A stretch of 64,000 nt of DNA from positions 1 to 64,000 of IMG/VR virus record IMGVR_UViG_3300032245_001322. One strand, 5' to 3'. This DNA comes from a virus. Below, in pieces: positions 8,640 through 18,766 of the stretch. The translations under genes were made by a program, and so were the position numbers. The notes beneath the pieces were generated by a model. The model had not been told where the DNA came from and made no database searches. It saw nothing but the letters and a program-made list of their open reading frames with translations. Position 1 is the first letter of the stretch. The number at the start of each line of letters is the position of its first letter.

Positions 8640-8669
8640 TTGTTATTTTTGAAAATAATTATATATTTG
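8640..8669 (+). promoter_or_regulatory. conserved promoter cassette
   Basis: TTGTTATTTTTGAAAATAATTATATATTTG. Confidence 0.55.
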
Positions 8670-8676
8670 CAACAAT

Positions 8677-8853
8677 ATGGAAAACACACACGAATTACAA
8701 AAAGACGATTTGTCTATTTATCCAAGTCCTATGAATGAGGAAATGGATTTGTTTGAAGACATGGAAGACGATGTTCACGTTGACGATGAGCACGTTCCAT
8801 TTTCTTATGAAGATGACACAATACCTGCAAGTGAGAAAGGATTTCAATTATGA
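8677..8853 (+). CDS. small acidic protein (58 aa)
   Basis: ATG 8 nt after TATATTTG of the conserved promoter. Stop overlaps next ATG (ATGA). Confidence 0.45.
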   Translation: MENTHELQKDDLSIYPSPMNEEMDLFEDMEDDVHVDDEHVPFSYEDDTIPASEKGFQL

Positions 8854-9245
8854 TGTTTATTTTAAATATTCAAACATTTGCTTTGTGCGTATTGGCAACT
8901 TTGGTTTTTCTTTCTCTTTTTATTTTTTCTAAAAAGCCTTATGAAGAGAATATAGAAAATTATGAAGAAGTTGAAAATTTGCCGACTTATCACAAAGTAG
9001 AAAAGCCAACTTTACCAAATCCAACTTTACAAGAATTAAACATTGCCGAATCTTCAAAATTAGCAAAGGTTTACGAGATGTTAATTAGAGGTGATATTTT
9101 GACTGACGAAATAGTGTTTCGTGCATTGGGTAGTAAAAAGGCAAGTATTTTTATTTTTAGATTAAGGGAACGAGGTATGGTAATAGATACTTTGATTATG
9201 CCAAATGGCAAATCGGGGTATGCTTTTAGAAATTTTAAATTATGA
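8850..9245 (+). CDS. membrane-anchored protein (N-terminal TM)
   Basis: N-terminal hydrophobic helix then soluble domain. Confidence 0.5.
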   Translation: MMFILNIQTFALCVLATLVFLSLFIFSKKPYEENIENYEEVENLPTYHKVEKPTLPNPTLQELNIAESSKLAKVYEMLIRGDILTDEIVFRALGSKKASIFIFRLRERGMVIDTLIMPNGKSGYAFRNFKL

Positions 9246-9475
9246 CAACAAAAGATATTTCAATAAAAAAACAGACGAAGGTGTATGCATTGATTTTAAG
9301 TCGTGGATATAATCTTACGGAATTTATTAAGAGAGTTAAGGATACAACGGGTGTAAATATCGAGTTGTATAGAATGTCCAAAATTGCATCGGGATTAATC
9401 AGAAACTACAAAACTGATACTGCTCGTGCCATTGCAAATACCTTGGGTGTTCCTATTGATGATATTTTGGAATGA
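9242..9475 (+). CDS. XRE-type helix-turn-helix transcriptional regulator
   Basis: LTEFIKRVKDTTGVNIELYRMSKIASG...ARAIANTLGVPIDDIL resembles the Cro/C1 HTH. Confidence 0.55.
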   Translation: MTTKDISIKKQTKVYALILSRGYNLTEFIKRVKDTTGVNIELYRMSKIASGLIRNYKTDTARAIANTLGVPIDDILE

Positions 9476-10065
9476 TACCAAAGGAAGTTTGGAAACAACT
9501 GATTCCAAGACAAAATCATCTTAACCTATTAACTATGTTTCTTGCACACGAAGGCGAGGTATTGAGCCTATCTCGGATAAGTAGTGTGCTTGGACATAGT
9601 AGACAATATTTACATAAATTAATCAGCGAATTATCAAGTATGTTGGTTAAAAGCAAAGTTAATTTTAGTATTGTAACAAATAAGAATGGTTATGTTTTTA
9701 GTTTTGCTAAACAAGAGAAAAAAGCCGTCAAACAACAATCGTCAAATATTGACAACGTCAAATTGATTATTGATTATTTAAACAATAGAGCAGATAAAAA
9801 GTTTTCAGCAACTTCTAAATCTACTATAGATAGCATCAATGCAAGGATTAAAGAAGGATACAATTTTGATGACTTCAAATATGTTATTGATATAAAATGT
9901 CAAAAATGGTTGAATACATCAATGGAAGACTATCTTAGACCACAAACATTATTCGGAAATAAATTTAATTCATACCTAAATGAAAGACCACAATCACAAC
10001 CAATTAGCCAAATCGAATCAGCAATTAACGAATCCTCAAGAGCAGTCGATTGGGGCTTGGATTAA
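9472..10065 (+). CDS. hypothetical protein, possible DNA-binding
   Basis: ORF with ATGA overlap. Segment LSRISSVLGHSRQYLHKLISE is HTH-like. Confidence 0.45.
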   Translation: MIPKEVWKQLIPRQNHLNLLTMFLAHEGEVLSLSRISSVLGHSRQYLHKLISELSSMLVKSKVNFSIVTNKNGYVFSFAKQEKKAVKQQSSNIDNVKLIIDYLNNRADKKFSATSKSTIDSINARIKEGYNFDDFKYVIDIKCQKWLNTSMEDYLRPQTLFGNKFNSYLNERPQSQPISQIESAINESSRAVDWGLD

Positions 10066-10837
10066 AACCCAAGAAGAAAGGGATATTTACCTTGCCAACT
10101 TTGGCAAAACACTTCAGCATTTTTCAACGAATGCCGATATGGATGGTTTGAAAAATGTAATCGTCCAATGGGTTTATACTTTGGGGCTATCTTCAAAAAT
10201 TGGCGAAAAAGATATTTTTGCTTTGACCAAAATTACAAAAGACTTATTCCCAAAGTTGACTATTAAAGATATTCAGTTGGCGATAAAATTCAGTTTGCAA
10301 AACAAATTAGGAGTAGATATAGAATGTTATGGTAATTTTAGTGCTTTGTATATTTCGAAAATATTGAATGCTTATTGTGATTATAACCAAGAAAAAATGA
10401 AGGAAATTATTTGGAGGAAAGAATCATTTAATAAACAAATAGAAGCCCCTAAAGAAATTAGACCTTATGAAGAAAGATTGGAGTCAACAAAGAGATTAAT
10501 TATCTATTATGGCGATTGGGTAAAGAATAATGATACTTATTTAGGAGATTACAATAACGTTATTTGGGAGTTCCTAAAAAGAATTGGCTATTTAGACCCA
10601 ACAAAGGTTAATTTAGAAGAAGCAGAAGAGTGGGCTGATAATAGAATTAAGTTAGAAGCCATAACCACACAAGCAAAAGTGTTTTCAAAACTATCTCATG
10701 AAAAAAGAGAAAAGGAATTTGCTAAGTTTAGAAGATTGTATGGTCGCTATTATGTAATGAAGAAAATTTTTAGAGAAATTGATAATGTTACAGAATGGTT
10801 AAATAAGTTAGAGACAAAACAAATCTTATTACAATAA
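9980..10837 (+). CDS. hypothetical protein (start uncertain)
   Basis: ATG at 9980 overlaps the previous gene in another frame. Confidence 0.45.
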   Translation: MKDHNHNQLAKSNQQLTNPQEQSIGAWIKTQEERDIYLANFGKTLQHFSTNADMDGLKNVIVQWVYTLGLSSKIGEKDIFALTKITKDLFPKLTIKDIQLAIKFSLQNKLGVDIECYGNFSALYISKILNAYCDYNQEKMKEIIWRKESFNKQIEAPKEIRPYEERLESTKRLIIYYGDWVKNNDTYLGDYNNVIWEFLKRIGYLDPTKVNLEEAEEWADNRIKLEAITTQAKVFSKLSHEKREKEFAKFRRLYGRYYVMKKIFREIDNVTEWLNKLETKQILLQ

Positions 10838-10850
10838 AAAGTTATAAAAT

Positions 10851-11135
10851 ATGACAACAAAAACAATAAACCCACTTATGACTTTATCAATTCAAGACTT
10901 GAGAGAATTGATAATTGGAATAGAAAAAAATTTCATGAAAGTGGAAAGTATTGATATAGTCCAAAATATTGATTATTCAAAACACTTTGATAAATATCAA
11001 GACTTTATTAAATATTTAATTACAAATAAAGTTGTTATCAAACAAGGAGACAAAACACTAAATCTTTCTTACGGAGAAATGGCTTCAATATTGATTAGTG
11101 CAGAATTAAGAGATAGGATTTTGCCAAAAAACTAA
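10851..11135 (+). CDS. hypothetical protein
   Basis: ORF; ATG start. Confidence 0.5.
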   Translation: MTTKTINPLMTLSIQDLRELIIGIEKNFMKVESIDIVQNIDYSKHFDKYQDFIKYLITNKVVIKQGDKTLNLSYGEMASILISAELRDRILPKN

Positions 11136-11142
11136 ATAAAAA

Positions 11143-11292
11143 ATGTGTAAGCACAATTGGGAAACATTCGACTACGATGGAGAAAGGTCTATTATTTATT
11201 GTACTAAATGCGATAAGGTAAAAGTCAAATATCACACATTATTTTGGCATAACTTTATGGATAAAATATTTGGATGGATGTTTGTAAAGTAG
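11143..11292 (+). CDS. small Cys-containing protein (49 aa), possible zinc ribbon
   Basis: CKH...CTKC spacing. Below the track cutoff. Confidence 0.3.
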   Translation: MCKHNWETFDYDGERSIIYCTKCDKVKVKYHTLFWHNFMDKIFGWMFVK

Positions 11293-11325
11293 AAATATTA
11301 ACTTATTTTTGAAAATAATTAAAAA

Positions 11326-11997
11326 ATGGAAAACACGGACAACATAGTAACAGTAGCATTAGGTATTCCAACAATTAACAGGAATGATTTATTACAAGAA
11401 GCACTTGAAGTTTACAAAGATACTTGGTATGGTAGGAATGTATTTATCGTAGATAACGGAAACCAAGCAATACAAACCAAATCGGCTAACCAACGTGTAA
11501 TGGTTATGCCCAAAAATTTGGGTGTTGCAGGTTCTTGGAATTTATTGGCAAAAGTTGCAAGGAATAAAGGATATTCTCACATCGCACTTTTAAACGATGA
11601 TATTGTTTGGAAAAAAAATGCTGACGAAATTGAAGAATTTATCAAAAACCATCCTGCCGACTTTTATCAAGGGACGGGTACTTGGTGTTGTTTTGTAATG
11701 CCGATTGCAACGCTTGAGAAAGTTGGATTGTTTGATGAGATTTTTGTCGGTTCGTACTTTGAAGATAATTCTATGTACTACAGAATGAAGTTGTTAGGTA
11801 TGAAAATTATCGCAGATGTTTTTTTTAATCCCGAAGTTTATCGTAATAGTGCAACTATTGAAAAAGACCCATCATTAAATATGAATTTTGATAGGAATAG
11901 ACAAACATTTATTGAAATGTGGGGTGGAATGCCGATGCAAGAAACGTTTACAATTCCTTTTAATGGAACAAGACCTTATGACCCACCAAGATTTTAA
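11326..11997 (+). CDS. family 2 glycosyltransferase
   Basis: VTVALGIPTINRNDLLQEAL resembles the GT2 N-terminus. ALLNDDIV is a DxD-like motif. Confidence 0.55.
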   Translation: MENTDNIVTVALGIPTINRNDLLQEALEVYKDTWYGRNVFIVDNGNQAIQTKSANQRVMVMPKNLGVAGSWNLLAKVARNKGYSHIALLNDDIVWKKNADEIEEFIKNHPADFYQGTGTWCCFVMPIATLEKVGLFDEIFVGSYFEDNSMYYRMKLLGMKIIADVFFNPEVYRNSATIEKDPSLNMNFDRNRQTFIEMWGGMPMQETFTIPFNGTRPYDPPRF

Positions 11998-12601
11998 AAT
12001 AGACGGCAGAGAATTGCGTTTATTTCCCTTAAATGAAAATTATGGGGTAACTATTGATGGAGATGTTTATTCTTTTAAAAACAAAAAATGGATAAGTAAG
12101 CACATTAATAAAAATGGGTATTTTTTCGTAGGTATAAAAACAAAATGTAAAAAATCCTCTCAATTTTTTTTACATAGAGTTGTATTAATGACTTGGGGTA
12201 ATATGCCTCCCGAAGGTAAAAACGATGTGAATCACATTGATTGTAATAAAATGAATAATCATGTTTCAAATCTTGAATGGAATAGTAGAAAAGAAAATAT
12301 TGCACACGCAGTAAAAAATGGTTTATGGGATGCTCAAAAGAATGCCATTACCGAAAAAAACAAAAAAGATTGGGCTGAAGGCAAGAAGCGTAATGCAGTT
12401 GAAATGGGTGGGCTGAAACGTAAAGAATTTATAGGGGATAAACACGAACAATCAAAAACAATAATCAATATTAAAACAAATGAAATAATTGTTTGTGTTA
12501 GAGTATTGGCAGAAAAATTAAATATGCCATATTCTACTTTGAGGTCTAAACTCAATGGTCGTTCTAAAAACAATACAGAATGGAGATTTTTAAATAAATA
12601 A
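11978..12601 (+). CDS. HNH homing endonuclease (HNH_3 with NUMOD-like tail)
   Basis: HRVVLMTWGNMPPEGKNDVNHIDCNKMNNHVSNLEWNSRKENIAHA. Start trimmed to the ATG at 11978. Confidence 0.7.
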   Translation: MTHQDFKIDGRELRLFPLNENYGVTIDGDVYSFKNKKWISKHINKNGYFFVGIKTKCKKSSQFFLHRVVLMTWGNMPPEGKNDVNHIDCNKMNNHVSNLEWNSRKENIAHAVKNGLWDAQKNAITEKNKKDWAEGKKRNAVEMGGLKRKEFIGDKHEQSKTIINIKTNEIIVCVRVLAEKLNMPYSTLRSKLNGRSKNNTEWRFLNK

Positions 12602-12697
12602 TGGCTAAAAAACCTTTTTCATATTATTACGCAACTTCATACACCCAATATGGTTTTCAATTTGTTGGATTAGCAACTTTTAGAGTTAAATTTAGAT

Positions 12698-12964
12698 ATG
12701 TTTACACCGAAGATTTTTTTGATTAAGGTCAATACAAGAGCACCTTGGGAAGAGAAAGACCACAAATACACTTATATAAGTGATGTGGAGATAGAAAGCA
12801 GTTTGTGGAATCAATGCGACTTTCAAGGTGGTGCACGATTGTTTAGCCTTGAAGAAGCAACAAAAGTTTGTTCTTGGTTGAATAAAATAAATAAGAATTA
12901 TTTCGAAATTGATATTCGTTCAATATATATGAATACAAAACAATCTAAATTAAATGAAATATGA
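12698..12964 (+). CDS. hypothetical protein
   Basis: ORF; ATGA overlap with next gene. Confidence 0.5.
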   Translation: MFTPKIFLIKVNTRAPWEEKDHKYTYISDVEIESSLWNQCDFQGGARLFSLEEATKVCSWLNKINKNYFEIDIRSIYMNTKQSKLNEI

Positions 12965-13737
12965 GTGACGAAACACAAAAAACTGTATTTGATGTATTAA
13001 TTAAAAAACATTTAGAATTACCACACAGGGAAACAATAGTTGGTATTAATACATTACAAACAAAACCTTTTGACAATCAAAAAATGGAAAATATGAGCAA
13101 CGAAACACAACAATCAGCAGTAGATTATTATATTGATGCGACAATGGCTTTAGAAGTTTCACGAGGTCTAAACAACATGAATATCAAAGAATATATTGCG
13201 AGAAAAAAAATAATCATAGACAAAGCCAAAGAAATGGAGAAAGAACAAATGAAGATAACTGAAGATACGTCAGATGGTTATCATACATTTAAAGATTTAT
13301 ATGCAATTAGAAAGTCTTATAATGTGGCTTTATTTAATGGATGGGCAAAACAACATTATACACTTGACCCTTGTGGGCGTGAAATAGGATATGGATGCAT
13401 AAAAGATTGGAGTAATTTTAATAAAACATTTGATAAAATAAATGGTCATTTACCAAAGCATTTAGTCCATAAATCAAGGCGACATAATGATGGAGAATAT
13501 CCTTTTGGTAAAGACAATTGGTTTATAGTTTCGGCTATTTTACCTACGGGGCAAATATCAAATCATTACCCTATGGAAGATTGGGATTTGTTTATGATTC
13601 CCGAAACTGAAAAAGCACTATTTGAATTTGATGGGCACACTTCTCAAGATGTAATTGAAAGATTATTAAAATTAGAATTAGGGAAAGAAAGCATATTAAC
13701 ATATAACATATTATATGTAGGTTCAAATCAAGATTAA
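12961..13737 (+). CDS. hypothetical protein
   Basis: ORF. Confidence 0.55.
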   Translation: MSDETQKTVFDVLIKKHLELPHRETIVGINTLQTKPFDNQKMENMSNETQQSAVDYYIDATMALEVSRGLNNMNIKEYIARKKIIIDKAKEMEKEQMKITEDTSDGYHTFKDLYAIRKSYNVALFNGWAKQHYTLDPCGREIGYGCIKDWSNFNKTFDKINGHLPKHLVHKSRRHNDGEYPFGKDNWFIVSAILPTGQISNHYPMEDWDLFMIPETEKALFEFDGHTSQDVIERLLKLELGKESILTYNILYVGSNQD

Positions 13738-13741
13738 TAAA

Positions 13742-14377
13742 ATGAGAAAAGACTTATATAAATTTTTTAGCATTCTGATTATAGCCGTTTTGTTATGGCT
13801 ATTGTATGCAATTAATAACAACTTTGATAAAGTTAAAAACAACTTAGATACAATTACTAAAGAACGAGATAAAAATGGTGCTTTAATTGTAACACAAAAT
13901 CAACAAATACTTTCGATGAAGGATGCAATAAAAGTACTCAAGGAAACTAAAAACGTTTCCAAAGTTTCCCAACAAACTCAAATGAGAACGAAAAGTGCTA
14001 TTGTAGAAAAGAAAATACCCGTTTATTTTGAAACTATCAAATACATTGATTCAAATGAGATGGATACTTTTGAGTGGATGCCGTTGCCATATACATTCGT
14101 TTATCAAGATTCTTGGAGTAAATTAGAAGTTACAATTGACCCTTTAGATATTACAATAGATACGATGTATATGTTAAATAACTTTACTATTTCAGTTGGC
14201 GAAAAAAGTAATGGATTATTTAAAAAACCTACACCAATCGTAGAAATTAAATCAGACAACCCTTATACAGATATTACTTCGGTAAAAAATGTCACCATAG
14301 ATACAAAGAAGCCATTTTATAAGACTTTTTGGTTCGGGGGTGTAGTTGGTGCACTTGCAATGATTTTACTTCTTTAA
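13742..14377 (+). CDS. membrane-anchored protein (N-terminal TM)
   Basis: N-terminal hydrophobic helix. Confidence 0.5.
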   Translation: MRKDLYKFFSILIIAVLLWLLYAINNNFDKVKNNLDTITKERDKNGALIVTQNQQILSMKDAIKVLKETKNVSKVSQQTQMRTKSAIVEKKIPVYFETIKYIDSNEMDTFEWMPLPYTFVYQDSWSKLEVTIDPLDITIDTMYMLNNFTISVGEKSNGLFKKPTPIVEIKSDNPYTDITSVKNVTIDTKKPFYKTFWFGGVVGALAMILLL

Positions 14378-14386
14378 AATCCAAAT

Positions 14387-15328
14387 ATGGACAACACGAA
14401 AAAAGCATTAGTTATTGGAGCGACAGGAATGGATGGTTCACTTATGGTGGACTTATTGCTTTCCAAGGGATATTTTGTTTACGCTACTTTTTATAGCAAA
14501 GGCAATTTAAAAGAGCACGAAAATTTAAAGTGGTTCTTTTTTGATTTGTCTGATGAGAATTTAGTCTTTTCGCTTTTATCAATTCACGTTCACGAGAGTA
14601 TTGACGAGGTTTATAATTTTGGTGGCGTTTCTTTTAGCCCCGACTCTATTCGAATGCCAAGTTATACCATGGACGTAAACTATAGAAGTGTCATGAGATT
14701 ATTGGCTTGGGTTGAATATAAGAAATGTAAATTCTTTCAAGCGAGTAGTAGTGAAGTTTTTGGCAAGGTTAAAAATTTAACTTTAAATGAAAATTCACCG
14801 AGAAACCCACATACACCTTACGCTCACGCTAAAAATCTTGTAGATATGATGTTAAGGTATATGAGAGAGCAAGGATACCCCGTTTATAACGCAATATCTT
14901 TTAATCATGAATGCAATCTTAGAGGTGAACAATTCGTAACCAAAAAAATTACAAAGTTTGTTGCTGATATTGTAAATCACAAAAGAGTAGGAAAACTCAA
15001 ATTGGGAAACATACATAGTAAAAGGGATTGGGGTTATGCCCCCGACTTTATTGAGGGTTACTATAAAATGGTGCAAGGAGAACCTCGAGAACTTATATTT
15101 GCAACTGCTCAAACTCATTCTGTTCTTGATATTTTGAATATCGCATTTTCAAGTCAAGGATTAAATTGGGAAGATTATGTTTCGATTGATTCAGAATTAG
15201 TTCGTGAAGATGAAAGAGATAACTTATTGGGCGATTATTCAAAGGCTTGGCAAACTATTCAATGGTGTCCCAAAAAGCATTTTGATGAAATGATAATTGA
15301 AATGGTTGAATTAGAAAAAAATAAATAA
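14387..15328 (+). CDS. gmd: GDP-mannose 4,6-dehydratase
   Basis: Matches Gmd motifs: ALVIGATGMDGS...LLSKGY, DEVYNFG, FFQASSSEVFG, YAHAK, SFNHECNLRGEQFVTKKIT, LGNIHSKRDWGYAPDF. Confidence 0.85.
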   Translation: MDNTKKALVIGATGMDGSLMVDLLLSKGYFVYATFYSKGNLKEHENLKWFFFDLSDENLVFSLLSIHVHESIDEVYNFGGVSFSPDSIRMPSYTMDVNYRSVMRLLAWVEYKKCKFFQASSSEVFGKVKNLTLNENSPRNPHTPYAHAKNLVDMMLRYMREQGYPVYNAISFNHECNLRGEQFVTKKITKFVADIVNHKRVGKLKLGNIHSKRDWGYAPDFIEGYYKMVQGEPRELIFATAQTHSVLDILNIAFSSQGLNWEDYVSIDSELVREDERDNLLGDYSKAWQTIQWCPKKHFDEMIIEMVELEKNK

Positions 15329-15375
15329 TATATGAAAAGAGAAAATTGGACAGACACAAGAAAGGCGAATTTATC

Positions 15376-15936
15376 ATGAAGTTGTTTTTCTTTGATTTAG
15401 AAACCACAGGAGTGCGTTTTTGGAAAAATGGTATTCATCAAATATCGGGGAAAATTGTAATTGATGGAGAGTTGAAAGAGAGATTTGATTTTAAAGTACA
15501 ACCTTATAAGGATGCTTTAATAGAACAAGAAGCCTTGGATATAGCGAAAATAACCAAAGATGATTTATTAACTTATGAACCAATGATTTCGGTTTATTCT
15601 AAATTGCTTTCAATGTTAGGTAAGTATGTTGATAAATTTAATAAAAACGATAAATTTCATTTGGTTGGTTACAATAACGCTTCTTTTGATAATCAATTTT
15701 TTAGGGCATTTTTTACACAAATGGGTGATAATTATTTTGGTAGTTGGTTTTGGTCTGATTCTATTGACGTTATGGTTTTGGCTTCTCATTATTTAAAAAA
15801 TGAAAGGTCAAAATTGACAAACTTCAAACTTTCAAGCGTAGCAAAACATTTAGGGATTAAAGTAGTAGAAGATGATTTGCATGATGCTCAATATGATATT
15901 GATTTAACAGAGAAAATTTATAATATAGTAGGATGA
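15376..15936 (+). CDS. DEDD-family 3'-5' exonuclease (DnaQ-like)
   Basis: Exo I FFDLETTG, Exo II GYNNASFDNQFF, Exo III HDAQYD. Track start 15346 is TTG; ATG at 15376. Confidence 0.7.
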   Translation: MKLFFFDLETTGVRFWKNGIHQISGKIVIDGELKERFDFKVQPYKDALIEQEALDIAKITKDDLLTYEPMISVYSKLLSMLGKYVDKFNKNDKFHLVGYNNASFDNQFFRAFFTQMGDNYFGSWFWSDSIDVMVLASHYLKNERSKLTNFKLSSVAKHLGIKVVEDDLHDAQYDIDLTEKIYNIVG

Positions 15937-16553
15937 TACACAGTTATAGTCAATTTGGTGAAGATAAAATCTTGCAAGATTTCTTCGAATCGGGATACAA
16001 GGGAGTTTGTATTGATGTAGGTGCAACAGATGGTATTGGACAAAGTAATACTTATCATTTCGAAAAACATGGTTGGATGTGTATTTGTTGTGAAGCAAAT
16101 CCCGATATGTACGAGAATTTAAAAATGAATCGCCACAATGCAGTACATTGTGCAGTTGGTAGCGAAGATAAGTTAGAAGTAGAATTTAACGTAGTTACTT
16201 TAACTGCTCAAGGTGGAAATCAAACGGCTATTAGTGGTTTGCAAATAGACCAAAGGTTATATAATGACCATTTGTTTTTGCAACCCGAAGTTAAAAAAAT
16301 TAATGTGCCAATGATGACTTTAAATACTATTCTTAAAAAGTATCCTGCTATCGACAAGATTGATTTTTTATCAATTGATACCGAAGGTACTGAAGTAGAT
16401 GTTATGAAAGGATTTGATATTGCCAGATGGATGCCGAAAGTAGTTGTATTAGAAAACAATTATGACGACAAACATTATGTAGATTACATGGATAGTGTAG
16501 GATACAAAAGAGTTTTAAGAAATGTAGTTAATGATTTTTATATAAAAAAATGA
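15933..16553 (+). CDS. FkbM-family SAM methyltransferase
   Basis: SQFGEDKIL...CIDVGATDG...ANPDMYENL...FLSIDTEGTEVDVMKG pattern of Methyltransf_21. Confidence 0.7.
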   Translation: MIHSYSQFGEDKILQDFFESGYKGVCIDVGATDGIGQSNTYHFEKHGWMCICCEANPDMYENLKMNRHNAVHCAVGSEDKLEVEFNVVTLTAQGGNQTAISGLQIDQRLYNDHLFLQPEVKKINVPMMTLNTILKKYPAIDKIDFLSIDTEGTEVDVMKGFDIARWMPKVVVLENNYDDKHYVDYMDSVGYKRVLRNVVNDFYIKK

Positions 16554-17773
16554 AACACGGAGAAGAAATTTTAGATTTAGGCGAACACTTTGTTAGTGCA
16601 TTTACAGATACGTTCGAAGAAGCGTTTGAAGGGCAGAAATACCCCTTAAAATTAGTTTATGATGAAAACTTGGGATGTCCCGTACTTACAGAACAACCAC
16701 CATTTGATTTAATGTGGGGTAAATATTGGTATCATAGTGGAATCAATGGTAAAATGGTAAAAGATTTAAAAAAAGTAGTTGACAATATTGATGAACTCAT
16801 TTTACCACAAACAGGTGATGTTTGGTTGGATATTGCATCAAATGATGGTACTTTATTAAATTTTGTTAAAAACGAGTACGTTAAGGTGGGGTGCGACCCT
16901 GTTGAAGGATTCATTGCAGAATCATGTAAGCATAGAAGTAATATTTTTATCAATGATTATTTTACGGCTGAAAAATACTTACAAAATGTAACTAAAAAAG
17001 CAAAAGTTATTACTTGTTGTGCAATGTTTTACGACCTTCAAGACCCTATGTCGTTTTTAAATGATGTTAGAGAAATTTTAGATGAAGATGGAATATTTGT
17101 TTTCCAATTCACCTACACACCAAGTATGTTAATGATGGGCGATTTTATGAATATTTGTCACGAACATTATGCTTATCATTCATTTACGAATGTTGCAGGT
17201 ATGTTAGTTCAAAATAAATTTAGCGTTTTTAATGCCGAAATAAATGATGTTAATGGTGGTTCTATTAGAATATATTGTAGAAAAAGTTATAGTCATTCAT
17301 TTTTACCACCATCAAAATATGTGGTAGGAATTGTAAATATGTATGCTTTGCAAACTTTTGAAAAGACTGAAATTTCTTGGGAAACTTTTAAAAAGCATAT
17401 CAATCTTAGCAAAATGAAGTTAGTTGATTATGTTAGAGAAGCCAATAAACAAGGATTATCTGTTTGGGGTTATGGTGCATCTACAAAAGCAAATACTTTA
17501 TTGCAATACTATGAATTGGACTTTGAAGATATTACCAAAATTGCTGAAGCGAACACCGATAAATATGGTAAATTCACAAAAGGTAGTGGAATAGAAATTT
17601 GTAGCGAAGAAGAATGGAGAGAAGCAAAACCAAATCTTACTGTTGTTTTTCCTTTTCAATTTATTGATTATTTTGTAGAAAGAGAAAAAGATTACCTACA
17701 AAATGGAGGTACATTTTTAGTGCCTTGCCCCGAACCTCATTTGATTACAAAACATGGAGTAACGAACTTATGA
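16550..17773 (+). CDS. class I SAM methyltransferase with C-methyltransferase-like C-terminal domain
   Basis: Motif I LDIASNDGTLL. C-terminal VWGYGASTKANTLLQYY...DTDKYGKFTKGSGIEI. Confidence 0.55.
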   Translation: MKHGEEILDLGEHFVSAFTDTFEEAFEGQKYPLKLVYDENLGCPVLTEQPPFDLMWGKYWYHSGINGKMVKDLKKVVDNIDELILPQTGDVWLDIASNDGTLLNFVKNEYVKVGCDPVEGFIAESCKHRSNIFINDYFTAEKYLQNVTKKAKVITCCAMFYDLQDPMSFLNDVREILDEDGIFVFQFTYTPSMLMMGDFMNICHEHYAYHSFTNVAGMLVQNKFSVFNAEINDVNGGSIRIYCRKSYSHSFLPPSKYVVGIVNMYALQTFEKTEISWETFKKHINLSKMKLVDYVREANKQGLSVWGYGASTKANTLLQYYELDFEDITKIAEANTDKYGKFTKGSGIEICSEEEWREAKPNLTVVFPFQFIDYFVEREKDYLQNGGTFLVPCPEPHLITKHGVTNL

Positions 17774-18024
17774 AAAAAACTATTGGACAACTAATTGACG
17801 AACTTTCGATTGTAAACATCAAAATTTGGATGGCTGAAGATATTAAACGTGACCCGTCTGCAACTGATAAACAGATTGCAGACGCTACACGAAAAACAAA
17901 TATTGCCAATCAACAACGGAATGATTTAATCCAAGCGATTGACGAAGAAATGAATTTAATTGCACAAGGAAAGAAACAAAAGTTATACGACCAAGGAAGC
18001 ACTAAAATGTATGGAAAAGGTTAG
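17770..18024 (+). CDS. hypothetical small protein
   Basis: ATG overlapping upstream TGA; track start 17725 lies inside the previous gene. Confidence 0.4.
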   Translation: MKKTIGQLIDELSIVNIKIWMAEDIKRDPSATDKQIADATRKTNIANQQRNDLIQAIDEEMNLIAQGKKQKLYDQGSTKMYGKG

Positions 18025-18733
18025 TGTACTTATAAGTGGAAAGTTGGGTGATTTAATTCATTCATTATACGTTTGCAAAGTTTTATTTAAGCATTTCAAT
18101 AAAAAGTCTGTTATCTACATGACCGATAGTGTAGAGCCGTTTGAAAATGGTTTAAAAAATACTTATATGGAGTTGTATGAGTTTATTAAAATGCAATCTT
18201 TTTGTGAAGATTTTAAAATTTGGAATGGTGAGCCAATAGAAGCCAATACCACTCTATTCAGACGCTCGAATTTGTTATATAAAAATTGTTGGAGAGAAAT
18301 TTTTAACGAAACATTCAATACTTCAATATTGACGGGGGCTTGGCTCGATTACCATAACCCCAAAATAAAACAAAATACTTTGGTTATTGCAAGACGTTAT
18401 AAAACACCGATGAGCGACAATACAAAAATTATTTATTTGAAGTATATCGAGCAATTTGAAAAGATTGTTTTTTTAGGTTCAAAACACGACTACGACCTTT
18501 TTGATTTAAAGCATTACTGCAAATTAGTAACGCCTTTAACTATTGACGATTGGCTCATAAATATCAAAACAAGTGGTTATTTTATTGGCAATCAAAGTAG
18601 CCCTTTAGCGATGGCTTTAGCATTAGATGTCAATGTTTTAGCAGAGTTGTTCCCAAGAACTATTATTGATTATATTCACTATGTAGGTGAAGAAAAATAT
18701 AGTCAAAAGTTCAATTATTTTTTGAATGAATAA
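18011..18733 (+). CDS. GT9-like glycosyltransferase (heptosyltransferase-like)
   Basis: C-terminal YFIGNQSSPLAMALALDVNVLAEL resembles the GT9 GNDSGPMHLAAAL motif. Track start 17960 is TTG; ATG at 18011. Confidence 0.45.
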   Translation: MEKVSVLISGKLGDLIHSLYVCKVLFKHFNKKSVIYMTDSVEPFENGLKNTYMELYEFIKMQSFCEDFKIWNGEPIEANTTLFRRSNLLYKNCWREIFNETFNTSILTGAWLDYHNPKIKQNTLVIARRYKTPMSDNTKIIYLKYIEQFEKIVFLGSKHDYDLFDLKHYCKLVTPLTIDDWLINIKTSGYFIGNQSSPLAMALALDVNVLAELFPRTIIDYIHYVGEEKYSQKFNYFLNE

Positions 18734-18766
18734 TATTATTCTCTATAATAAAATTATATTTGCACT

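Noticed and set aside
12105-12573. Minus ORFs inside the HNH endonuclease gene
   Set aside because: Antisense to a gene with strong HNH motifs.
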